NCBI GenBank assembly: GCA_043815885.1
Contig: JBDRIL010000022.1
Location: forward strand, 1 to 10,978
Direction of reading: 5' to 3'
Source of the DNA: an archaeon
Lineage (GTDB): Archaea; Iainarchaeota; Iainarchaeia; Iainarchaeales; 1-14-0-10-31-34
Length of the DNA stretch: 10,978 nt
Position numbers and translations under genes: made by a program. This document shows positions 1-6,974 of the stretch, in pieces. How positions within the stretch are numbered: the stretch's first letter is position 1; the number at the start of each line of letters is the position of its first letter. The notes beneath the pieces were generated by a model that was given only the letters and a program-made list of their open reading frames with translations, made no database searches and was not told where the DNA came from.

Positions 1-1302
1 ATGAAGAAAAACATATTTGTCCTGCTTTCAATTGTATTCCTTGCATTAAATGCCTATGCGCCAATTTCTTCCCAGGAAGCCAGAAACTTTATTGTAGCTG
101 AATCAAATTTCTTAGAGGCAGGAGACAGCATTGAAATCTATCCAAATTTTCCGGTTGCCTCGGGAGAGGAAAAGTATTGGGTGGCAGTAATCTCCACCTT
201 TGATGAATCAAGCGGTTTCCTTGCAGTAAAGTATTCAGAAAAAGAGTTATGCTTGGATGATTCAATTAACACTGATTTATTTGCAACTGTTTACATCCTT
301 AAATCAATTGAGGTCTATAAAGCTACTCCTACTTGGTTATTCTCTAATAACAATGCAGGATATTTTGAAAGCCTAGGCAAAACACTTTCATCCAATGAGG
401 CAAATGATTTAAGCATAATAGAGGGAAGTCTGAGTGGAAGCGAAGCAGAACAAAAAATTAATTCAATGCATTCAATGCTTAACTTAATGGAAGACCAGTC
501 AATAAAACTGAAGAATAAATTCATTTACATTCTTGAACTGGAAAATGAATTCATGAATTCCACTAACGTAAACCAGACAGATTCACTAAAGCAGGAATAC
601 GACAGGGCAACAGAGTTATTGAATGAATTCGAGTTAATGAGGATTGACTACGAGACAAAGGTAAAGGAATTGCAATCAATAATAAATAAATCTGATTTAG
701 AGCCAGGGGAAAAACAGCAGTTAGGCATTCTTGCAAATCCCCCGGGAGACTTAGCAAAGGTTTCTTCCCTTAAAAGCCAGGGAGACAGTCTGGGGCAGAG
801 AATAAATGAAGCCTATTCAAAAGCTGAATCGAATAAAAAGACATGGGTTGACAATGTAGGGGTGATGGTGAAGAGGGATGAGGCATATAATGTTCTTTAT
901 GGAGTGGATGAAGACTTATACAAGAAGACAGGTCAAACATATAATAAGATAAGTGATGCAGTGAGTGAAATTCTTTCAGATGCATTAAGGCCCTTCTGGA
1001 AGGAACAGGAGAGAGTGAATGATTTAAGGAGTACATGGAAGAAGGCAGAAAATGACTTTAATCAAAAAAATTATAAGTCAGTGGAAAGCTATGCAAGCAG
1101 GCTAAAGAACGACATAACAATAATAGTGGAGGGCGGATTTGCTGAAGAGGAACAGCCATTAAATGAAATGGCTTTTACAATTGCAATTGGATTAATTGTT
1201 TTGCTTGTGGTAATTGTAATTATAAAGAACAGGGAAAAGATATTCTCTATTGCAAAAGGAGAGGAAGAGGAGAAGGTAATAAATGAATGGAAGAAGATTT
1301 GA
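1..1302 (+). CDS. Hypothetical membrane-anchored surface protein (433 aa) with signal peptide, long helical/coiled-coil ectodomain and C-terminal TM helix
   Basis: N-terminus MKKNIFVLLSIVFLALNAYA is signal-peptide-like. The middle is E/K/L-rich and heptad-like. C-terminal hydrophobic run MAFTIAIGLIVLLVVIVII is followed by a charged tail. No family recognised; upstream sequence is outside the window. Confidence 0.8.
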   Translation: MKKNIFVLLSIVFLALNAYAPISSQEARNFIVAESNFLEAGDSIEIYPNFPVASGEEKYWVAVISTFDESSGFLAVKYSEKELCLDDSINTDLFATVYILKSIEVYKATPTWLFSNNNAGYFESLGKTLSSNEANDLSIIEGSLSGSEAEQKINSMHSMLNLMEDQSIKLKNKFIYILELENEFMNSTNVNQTDSLKQEYDRATELLNEFELMRIDYETKVKELQSIINKSDLEPGEKQQLGILANPPGDLAKVSSLKSQGDSLGQRINEAYSKAESNKKTWVDNVGVMVKRDEAYNVLYGVDEDLYKKTGQTYNKISDAVSEILSDALRPFWKEQERVNDLRSTWKKAENDFNQKNYKSVESYASRLKNDITIIVEGGFAEEEQPLNEMAFTIAIGLIVLLVVIVIIKNREKIFSIAKGEEEEKVINEWKKI

Positions 1303-2104
1303 ATTAATTTTATTCTGTTTAATTCTCTTTCCTTTAATGGTTAAAGCAGATATCCTTGCATCAGTGAATGCAAAAGGAATTCAAGGAATTACTTCTGTTT
1401 ATCCGGAAGAAACAACAGAATTTGAGGTAAGGTTTTTCAATAACAGCGAAGAAGGAGTGGAGAATTTAAAAGCAGAGGTTTCAGTGGACGAGGGATTAGC
1501 AATAGTTGAATTCTTTAAGCTGGAAAAAACAAAATGGATTGACATTGAATACATTCCTCCAAAAAAAGAAGTAGTCAGGAGCTTTAAGGTAAAGCCATTA
1601 ATGCAGGCAGAAAAACCAAAAATATATGTTACCTACGGAAAAGAGAGATATGAGAACACAGTGGCAACTTTTTTGGGGGTAGTTTCATCTCCATTGGAAG
1701 TAAATGCAGAACTCTCAAAGCAGAGGACAAGAGAGGCGGAAAGGAATTCAGTTAAAATGGAAGTAAAGAATATTGACGGAAACGAATTAAAGGACTTAAA
1801 TATTTTTCTCAATGGAGGAAAAATGATTTTAATTGAACCGCAAACCTTATTCAGGGAAACACTTGCTCCAGAAGAATCCATGAAAGGAGAATTCTTTTTT
1901 ACTCCTGATGCAACCGTATTTGGAGAAGAAAATGCAGTGCTGTCAATTTCATTTGAGGATGCAAATGGAATGCATGTAATTGAAAAAACATTTACAGTAA
2001 AGATAGAAGAAATTAATCTTCTTCCATATGCATTAATAACATTAGTGATAGTAGTAATTCTTTTCCTGTTCTTCTCCAGAAGAAAAAAAGCAGTTCAGGA
2101 ATAA
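1283..2104 (+). CDS. Hypothetical cell-surface protein (273 aa) with two Ig-like (CARDB/S-layer-associated-like) beta domains and a C-terminal TM anchor
   Basis: Hydrophobic N-terminus ending VKA. Two segments share the pattern 'V..N.....L.NL/DL.....' then 'I/L.P.E....F...P'. C-terminal LLPYALITLVIVVILFLFF is followed by SRRKK. Overlaps the upstream ORF by 20 nt, suggesting an operon. The fold call is by eye. Confidence 0.75.
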   Translation: MNGRRFELILFCLILFPLMVKADILASVNAKGIQGITSVYPEETTEFEVRFFNNSEEGVENLKAEVSVDEGLAIVEFFKLEKTKWIDIEYIPPKKEVVRSFKVKPLMQAEKPKIYVTYGKERYENTVATFLGVVSSPLEVNAELSKQRTREAERNSVKMEVKNIDGNELKDLNIFLNGGKMILIEPQTLFRETLAPEESMKGEFFFTPDATVFGEENAVLSISFEDANGMHVIEKTFTVKIEEINLLPYALITLVIVVILFLFFSRRKKAVQE

Positions 2105-3240
2105 ATTTCAATTACATCGTTATTCTTTAATTCATATTTTTTTGAAACCCTTTGCCCGGGAAACTTGCTTGAACCCCATACCTTTACAAATTTCAGGTTT
2201 CTGGCAAAATCCTTATGGAGTTTTCTTGCAACTCCTTCAACTGTAGAACCCTTATCCAAAACCATTGGTTCACTGAAATCAACTTCTTCTCCTGGTTTTT
2301 TGGTGAAGATAAGAATTCTATCCAAAAGCAAAAAGATTTTTTCCTTTAATTCATCCAAATTATCTTCTTCCAGGTAAACGAAATCCATTACTTTGTTGTT
2401 TAAGTTCCTGAATTTCCTGTTTTTCTTTTTTTCCTTCCATTTAGTCAGAATAATTAATGACTTCTTGTAGACAATCCTTGCGTCCAATACCTCTGCAACC
2501 TTTTCAAGGGTAGTTGCTTCATTCAGTATTACGTTTGCCTTAAAATAGCCCAATCCCTTCAAAAAATCAATTAATTCTTCCCTCTTTACTTTCAGGAATT
2601 TTTCTCCGGAAATATTTATTCCGGGAAATTCGGAAACCTTTACATCAATCAATGGCTTGCTCTCAGAAACCTTTACATTCACTTTATTCAGTTCATTCAG
2701 GAGAATCCTTAATTGTTCTTCTGCAACCCCGTCCTCCAGCACAAAAACAATTGCATCACTGTTTCTAACCACTGAAAGAATCTGAGTTCCATTGGCTTTT
2801 CCTTTGGCTGAACCTTCAATTATTGCAGGGGCTTCAACTACCTGCACTCCTGCTTCATTGTAATTCATCATTCCAACCTCTGGTTTAGTGGTAGTAAAAG
2901 GATAGTCCCTTACCTCTACATTCACGTTAGTTAATTTATTCAGGAGAAAGCTCTTTCCTGAATTAGGCATTCCAACAAGAATTGCCTGGCCGATTCCCTC
3001 CTTCTTCACGTGAAGGGAAGGCGCACTGCCTTTCTTTGCAGGAGACTTTCTCTGTCTTTCCATCTTGCTCTTCAACTGCGCAAGCTTCTTGCTGAGTTCA
3101 GCCCTAAGGTTTTCCCCTCCCTTATGCTTCGGAGCCTTGGACTTCATTTCAATTAACGCAGCCAGTTTCTCAGAATCAGTCTTTGCATTCTCAAACTTCT
3201 CCTGGGCTTTAATGAAATCAATCGATACATTCGCAGGCAT
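2095..3240 (-). CDS. OBG/DRG-family GTP-binding protein with C-terminal TGS domain (archaeal MPAN...PKHKG type)
   Basis: N-terminal MPAN...PKHKG; G1 GMPNSGKS; G2 YPFTT; IIEGSAKGKANG; TGS-like C-terminus (FTKKPG...LHKDF...VWGSSKFPGQRV...L.NNDVIEI). Confidence 0.92.
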   Translation of the reverse strand: MPANVSIDFIKAQEKFENAKTDSEKLAALIEMKSKAPKHKGGENLRAELSKKLAQLKSKMERQRKSPAKKGSAPSLHVKKEGIGQAILVGMPNSGKSFLLNKLTNVNVEVRDYPFTTTKPEVGMMNYNEAGVQVVEAPAIIEGSAKGKANGTQILSVVRNSDAIVFVLEDGVAEEQLRILLNELNKVNVKVSESKPLIDVKVSEFPGINISGEKFLKVKREELIDFLKGLGYFKANVILNEATTLEKVAEVLDARIVYKKSLIILTKWKEKKKNRKFRNLNNKVMDFVYLEEDNLDELKEKIFLLLDRILIFTKKPGEEVDFSEPMVLDKGSTVEGVARKLHKDFARNLKFVKVWGSSKFPGQRVSKKYELKNNDVIEIYS

Positions 3241-3259
3241 AACTTAATTGAATAAAAAT

Positions 3260-3280
3260 AAGCTTATAAAAAGGATTTTT
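3260..3280. repeat. Direct repeat copy 1, AAGCTTATAAAAAGGATTTTT (21 bp)
   Basis: Identical to 3935-3955. Extends to 27 bp with one mismatch (3254-3280 vs 3929-3955). Confidence 0.95.
3263..3280 (-). promoter_or_regulatory. Putative BRE/TATA promoter of the DRG GTPase gene (probably leaderless mRNA)
   Basis: The minus strand reads AAAAATCC-TT-TTTATAAG. The TATA-like TTTATAAG lies 23-30 nt upstream of the ATG at 3240, and no SD is evident. Confidence 0.65.
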
Positions 3281-3281
3281 A

Positions 3282-3338
3282 TTTGCCCGGGCAAAACTTA
3301 TTTAAACTATTTGGAATACATGTATTATTGATATTACA
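3282..3338 (+). promoter_or_regulatory. Putative promoter/operator region of the toxin-antitoxin operon
   Basis: Perfect palindrome TTTGCCCGGGCAAA (3282-3295). BRE/TATA-like GCAAAAC-TTATTTAAA (3291-3306). Perfect palindrome AATACATGTATT (3315-3326) and overlapping imperfect inverted repeat TGTATTAT-tg-ATATTACA (3321-3338) directly before the ATG. Confidence 0.6.
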
Positions 3339-3578
3339 ATGGAACTAAAAATTAACTGGAACCACAAGAGATGCAAGCATGCAATTGAAAGAATGTGGTT
3401 AAGAGGAATATCTCATTTGGAAATCAAGCAAGCGCTTTTGAAAGGGCAAAAAATAAAAAGAGGGATGGGTCTAATGGAATCAATTTATTCATATTACAGC
3501 GTTATTTATGTTGAAAGATTTTTTATGAGGAATACAATAAGAAAGGTTTATCCAATAACAGTAAAAATTATGGAGTGA
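3339..3578 (+). CDS. DUF4258-like (RelE/BrnT-fold) putative type II toxin, 79 aa
   Basis: Small basic protein with HAIERMWLRGIS..EI..AL..G and a C-terminal ITV motif typical of DUF4258. It lies directly upstream of an antitoxin-like gene. Confidence 0.8.
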   Translation: MELKINWNHKRCKHAIERMWLRGISHLEIKQALLKGQKIKRGMGLMESIYSYYSVIYVERFFMRNTIRKVYPITVKIME

Positions 3579-3583
3579 TTTGA

Positions 3584-3928
3584 ATGAAGGGAAAACTATT
3601 GTCTTTAACATGCTCTTGCGGGGGAAAAATGAAAAAGGCTTTTGTGCCGGTGGAATTCTTTGGAATAGATTTTGGTGTGAGAGAGGCAGAGGTATGCACT
3701 AAATGCAATGCGGAATACTTGGACGAAAAATTAATGGAAAAAATAGAAAAAGAGATAAAAAAGAAAGGATTGTTTGGCTTGGAATCAAAAGTGAAAGTAA
3801 CAAAATCAGGGAATTCACTGGTAATAAGAATTCCTCCGGAAATAGCAAAATTCACTGGCCTGAAATATGAGTCTTTACTCAGGATATTTCCTGTAGGCAA
3901 AAAAAGAATCGAAATAGAAGCCCTATAA
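3584..3928 (+). CDS. Putative antitoxin: YgiT/MqsA-type zinc finger fused to a C-terminal AbrB/MazE/SpoVT DNA-binding domain, 114 aa
   Basis: CSCGGKM...VCTKCNAEYLD zinc ribbon; KVTKSGNSLVIRIPPEIAK AbrB signature; SD-like GGAGTGA at 3572-3578; 5-nt gap from the toxin gene. Confidence 0.82.
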   Translation: MKGKLLSLTCSCGGKMKKAFVPVEFFGIDFGVREAEVCTKCNAEYLDEKLMEKIEKEIKKKGLFGLESKVKVTKSGNSLVIRIPPEIAKFTGLKYESLLRIFPVGKKRIEIEAL

Positions 3929-3934
3929 AAAAAC

Positions 3935-3955
3935 AAGCTTATAAAAAGGATTTTT
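3935..3955. repeat. Direct repeat copy 2, AAGCTTATAAAAAGGATTTTT (21 bp)
   Basis: Identical to 3260-3280 at an offset of 675 bp, starting 7 nt after the antitoxin stop codon. Confidence 0.95.
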
Positions 3956-3974
3956 TAGGGGCAATCAGCCCTCC

Positions 3975-3990
3975 CGAAAATCATTTAATC
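3975..3990 (+). promoter_or_regulatory. Putative BRE/TATA promoter of the XPD helicase gene
   Basis: CGAAAAT (BRE-like) is followed by ATTTAATC, which ends about 25 nt upstream of the ATG at 4015. Confidence 0.5.
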
Positions 3991-4014
3991 ATCTCCACTG
4001 ATTCTTTTTATTGA

Positions 4015-5916
4015 ATGGAATTAAAAGACATCTATTTTCGTTTTTCTTCTCCAAGGGAACAGCAAAAAGAATTGTTATTGGATACAGTCAATGCAATGCA
4101 GGAAGGAAAACACTTAGTAGCGCATGCCCCTACAGGTTTGGGGAAAACGGATTCAACCCTCTCTGCAGCAATAACTGTTGCATTAAAGGAAAACAAAACT
4201 GTTTTCTTTCTCACTCCAAAGATTTCACAGCACGAGATAGCGGTTCAGGTTGTCAGAGACATAGCAAAAAAATATAAACTGAATTTAAAGGCAGTGGATT
4301 TGGTTGGAAGGAGGTATGCCTGCACTGACCCAATTCTTGGAAGAAGTGATTTTGACGGATTCTATGAAATATGTGCAAGAAAAAGAAGAAACGAGGAATG
4401 CGTTTACTACAGGAATGCAAGAGGATATGAGAAAAAGGAAAGGGAAATAGCAAAACTTCATTTGGATAGAATGATGAAGAAGTATGAAACAGTATGGAGC
4501 CATCACGAAGTAAAGGAATACTGTGAGAATGAAAGGCCGATGTGTGCATACGAGGCATTGATTGAAATAGCAAAGAATTCAGACGTAATAATTGCTGACT
4601 ACTTTCATTTATTCAATCCCTCAATACAGGAAGTAATCCTCCCAAAATTAAAGGTAAAATTAGAGGATTCAATAATAGTAGTGGATGAAGCACACAATTT
4701 AGGGGACAGGATAAGAAACCTACTGTCTTCCACTGTTTCAAGCTTTTCTCTTAGAAGAGGAGAAGAAGAATTAAAGAAATTAAACAGAATGGATTTAGCT
4801 GAAAAACTGCATGAACTAGAAAAAATAATTAAAGGAATAGCAAGGCATTCACTGAAAGACAAAGGAGAAGAGGCATTGATTTCAAAGGAATCATTAATGA
4901 AACCATTGGATTCACTTGTACCTGAAATAGAAGAATTTGTTGAAGAATTGAGAGCGAATGCAACAGATTACATGGAAGCAACCTCCAAAACAAAATCTTC
5001 TTTGCTTCCAATAGCTAATTTCCTTGAGAAATGGCCGCAGGAACTGGAAGCGCATATAAGAATGATTAAGATGAATAGAGGAGGAAATTATGCTGTTTCA
5101 TTGAAGGCACTGGATCCAAGCATTGTCTCAAGAAAGATTTTTTCAAAAGCACATTCAGCAGTATTAATGAGTGGAACACTACTTCCAACAAAAATGTATG
5201 CAGACTTGCTGGGTTTGGAAGAAGAAAGAACTTTACTGAAAGAATATTCCTCTCCCTTTCCAAAGGAAAACAGAATGAATTTAATTGTTCCAACATCAAC
5301 CACAAAATACACTGAAAGAAAAACAGAGGAATTCAAGAAAATAGCAGAAGAGACAGCAAGAATAGTGAACAGTGTTCCGGGAAATTCAGCAGTATTCTTT
5401 CCTTCTTTTAAACTATTATCTCAAATCGAGCCATACATGGATGGGTTATGTAGAAGAGAGATGCTTATCCAGAAGGCGGGAATGAATTCAAATGAAATAA
5501 ATAATCTCTTGACTCACTTCAGGAATTCTGGAAGTGGTTTCGGCTCAGTTCTTCTTGCAGTGGCTCAAGGAAGTCTTGCTGAAGGAATCGATCTCCCTGG
5601 AAATCAGCTCTTGTGTGCAGTGATTGTTGGAATTCCTCTGGCAGAAATGAATCTGGAGATTAAATGCCTGATTGATTACTTTGAGGAAAAATTCCACAGG
5701 GGATGGCACTATGCATACATCTATCCTGCAGTCAATAAAGCAATCCAGGCAGGAGGAAGGGTAATAAGGGATGAAGGCGATGAAGGAATAGTTGTTTTTT
5801 TGGATAAAAGATATATCTGGAAGAATTACAGCAACTGCTTTCCAAAGGATTTCTCCAAAATAATCACAAGCGAACCAGAAAAATACGTTAAATTATTCTG
5901 GGAGAAAAAAGATTAA
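4015..5916 (+). CDS. xpd: XPD/Rad3/DinG-family Fe-S cluster ATP-dependent DNA helicase, 633 aa
   Basis: Q motif PREQQ; Walker A APTGLGKT; Fe-S cysteines (YAC, EIC, EEC, MCAY); DEAHNL; MSGTL; FFPSF; GSLAEGIDLPG; motif VI QAGGRVIR. Confidence 0.93.
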   Translation: MELKDIYFRFSSPREQQKELLLDTVNAMQEGKHLVAHAPTGLGKTDSTLSAAITVALKENKTVFFLTPKISQHEIAVQVVRDIAKKYKLNLKAVDLVGRRYACTDPILGRSDFDGFYEICARKRRNEECVYYRNARGYEKKEREIAKLHLDRMMKKYETVWSHHEVKEYCENERPMCAYEALIEIAKNSDVIIADYFHLFNPSIQEVILPKLKVKLEDSIIVVDEAHNLGDRIRNLLSSTVSSFSLRRGEEELKKLNRMDLAEKLHELEKIIKGIARHSLKDKGEEALISKESLMKPLDSLVPEIEEFVEELRANATDYMEATSKTKSSLLPIANFLEKWPQELEAHIRMIKMNRGGNYAVSLKALDPSIVSRKIFSKAHSAVLMSGTLLPTKMYADLLGLEEERTLLKEYSSPFPKENRMNLIVPTSTTKYTERKTEEFKKIAEETARIVNSVPGNSAVFFPSFKLLSQIEPYMDGLCRREMLIQKAGMNSNEINNLLTHFRNSGSGFGSVLLAVAQGSLAEGIDLPGNQLLCAVIVGIPLAEMNLEIKCLIDYFEEKFHRGWHYAYIYPAVNKAIQAGGRVIRDEGDEGIVVFLDKRYIWKNYSNCFPKDFSKIITSEPEKYVKLFWEKKD

Positions 5917-6836
5917 ATTCCCTTCAGGTATCTGAAAACATTTATTGCGGCTTTTGCTCCGTCACCTGCAGCAATAATTATCTGCTGTTCATTTCCAGCA
6001 ATATCTCCAGAAGCAAAAACCCCTTTCAACGAGGTTTCATTTCTTTCATTCACTTCAATAAAACCATTCTTATCCAATTTTATCCCTAAATTTTTTGCCA
6101 GCCCGTTATTCGGGATAACTCCAATTCTAATAAATACTCCGTCACATTTAATTTCTTCAATTTTTCCTGTTTCAGTATTTTTTGCCTTTATACCTTCCAC
6201 TTTTTCCTTTCCAAGAATTTCCTGCGTTAATAACTTATACATAACTTTAACATTTTTTGACCCCTCAATCCTCTTTAGATACGTTTTCTCTGCACTCAAT
6301 TCCCCTGCATTAGTAATTAGTATTACTTCCCTGCATATTTCACTCAGGTAAGTTGAAGCAATTGCCCCGCTGTTCCCTCCTCCGATTACTGCTACTCTTT
6401 TTCCTTTAAAAAAGAATCCATCGCATAAAGGACAATAGCTCACTCCCTTTCCTTTCAGTTCCTTTTCCCCTTTTACATTCAATTCCTTTTCCTTTGTTCC
6501 TGTTGCGAGAAGAATTGCCTTTGCTTCAATTTTTTTATTTTCAAAATCCAGTTCAAAGTAATTCTTTCCTTCCTTCTTTTCCTTTATTTCCTTTACCTCT
6601 CCAAAATTAATCTTTACTCCCAGTTCCTTTGCATGTTCTGCCATTTTTTTTGCCAATTCCTCTCCAGTGATGCTCGTAAAACCAGTATAATTCTCTATTA
6701 AGTGAGTTGTTGTTGGAGTTCCTCCCACTACCTTATTCTCAAACACCTCTGCCTTCAGTCCATTCCTTACTGCATATATTGCCGCAGTCAATCCACTTGG
6801 ACCCGAGCCAATCACAGCCAAATCAATTGAATCCAT
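5913..6836 (-). CDS. trxB: Thioredoxin reductase-like FAD-dependent disulfide oxidoreductase, 307 aa
   Basis: GSGPSG FAD motif; IENYTG; ATG; GKGVSYCPLCDG redox CxxC; GGGNSG; TSLKGVFASGD; AAGDGAKAA. Its stop overlaps the xpd stop (TTAA at 5913-5916). Confidence 0.92.
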   Translation of the reverse strand: MDSIDLAVIGSGPSGLTAAIYAVRNGLKAEVFENKVVGGTPTTTHLIENYTGFTSITGEELAKKMAEHAKELGVKINFGEVKEIKEKKEGKNYFELDFENKKIEAKAILLATGTKEKELNVKGEKELKGKGVSYCPLCDGFFFKGKRVAVIGGGNSGAIASTYLSEICREVILITNAGELSAEKTYLKRIEGSKNVKVMYKLLTQEILGKEKVEGIKAKNTETGKIEEIKCDGVFIRIGVIPNNGLAKNLGIKLDKNGFIEVNERNETSLKGVFASGDIAGNEQQIIIAAGDGAKAAINVFRYLKGI

Positions 6837-6868
6837 TTTCTTGCCTTTAAAATAAATTACTCGCCCTT

Positions 6869-6885
6869 TATTTAAATACTTTATC
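6869..6885 (-). promoter_or_regulatory. Putative BRE/TATA promoter of trxB
   Basis: The minus strand reads GATAAAG-TA-TTTAAATA, ending 33 nt upstream of the ATG at 6836. Confidence 0.55.
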
Positions 6886-6903
6886 TAAATTCTTCCCTCA
6901 ACC

Positions 6904-6971
6904 CAAAACCTTTAAATAGCTGAAAAACATTTATATTATCTTATATATAGAGTTTAGTTATAATAGGTGGA
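6904..6971 (+). promoter_or_regulatory. Tandem BRE/TATA-like elements and RBS for the exported-protein operon
   Basis: CAAAACC-TTTAAATA (6904-6918), GAAAAACA-TTTATATT (6922-6937), and SD-like AGGTGGA (6965-6971) before the ATG at 6975. Confidence 0.6.
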
Positions 6972-6974
6972 GAA

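Noticed and set aside
2151..2166. TTTGCCCGGGAAACTT, resembling the palindrome region at 3282-3299
   Set aside because: It encodes the conserved KFPGQR motif of the TGS domain on the minus strand, so a chance match is sufficient.
2606..2624. Inverted repeat CCGGAA...TTCCGG inside the DRG gene
   Set aside because: The arms are only 6 bp and lie within coding sequence, with no supporting context.
3568..3936. 122-aa antisense ORF spanning the antitoxin gene
   Set aside because: It has no recognisable motifs and is a typical mirror-frame product. Its start lies upstream of the start site predicted for the duplicated promoter (about 3915), so that promoter could not express it in full.
3260..3955. 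CRISPR array or IS element explanation for the 21-bp repeats
   Set aside because: There are only two copies 675 bp apart with genes between them, and no cas genes, transposase or terminal inverted repeats.
3959..3971. GGGC-AATCA-GCCC mini-hairpin as a terminator
   Set aside because: The stem is 4 bp with no following U-tract. The T-run at 3951-3956 could terminate the TA transcript but cannot be supported further.
4015..5916. Helicase as a defence-associated or CRISPR type IV DinG
   Set aside because: It is an ordinary-length Fe-S XPD with no fused nuclease and no cas or defence neighbours apart from the inserted TA, so it fits housekeeping repair.
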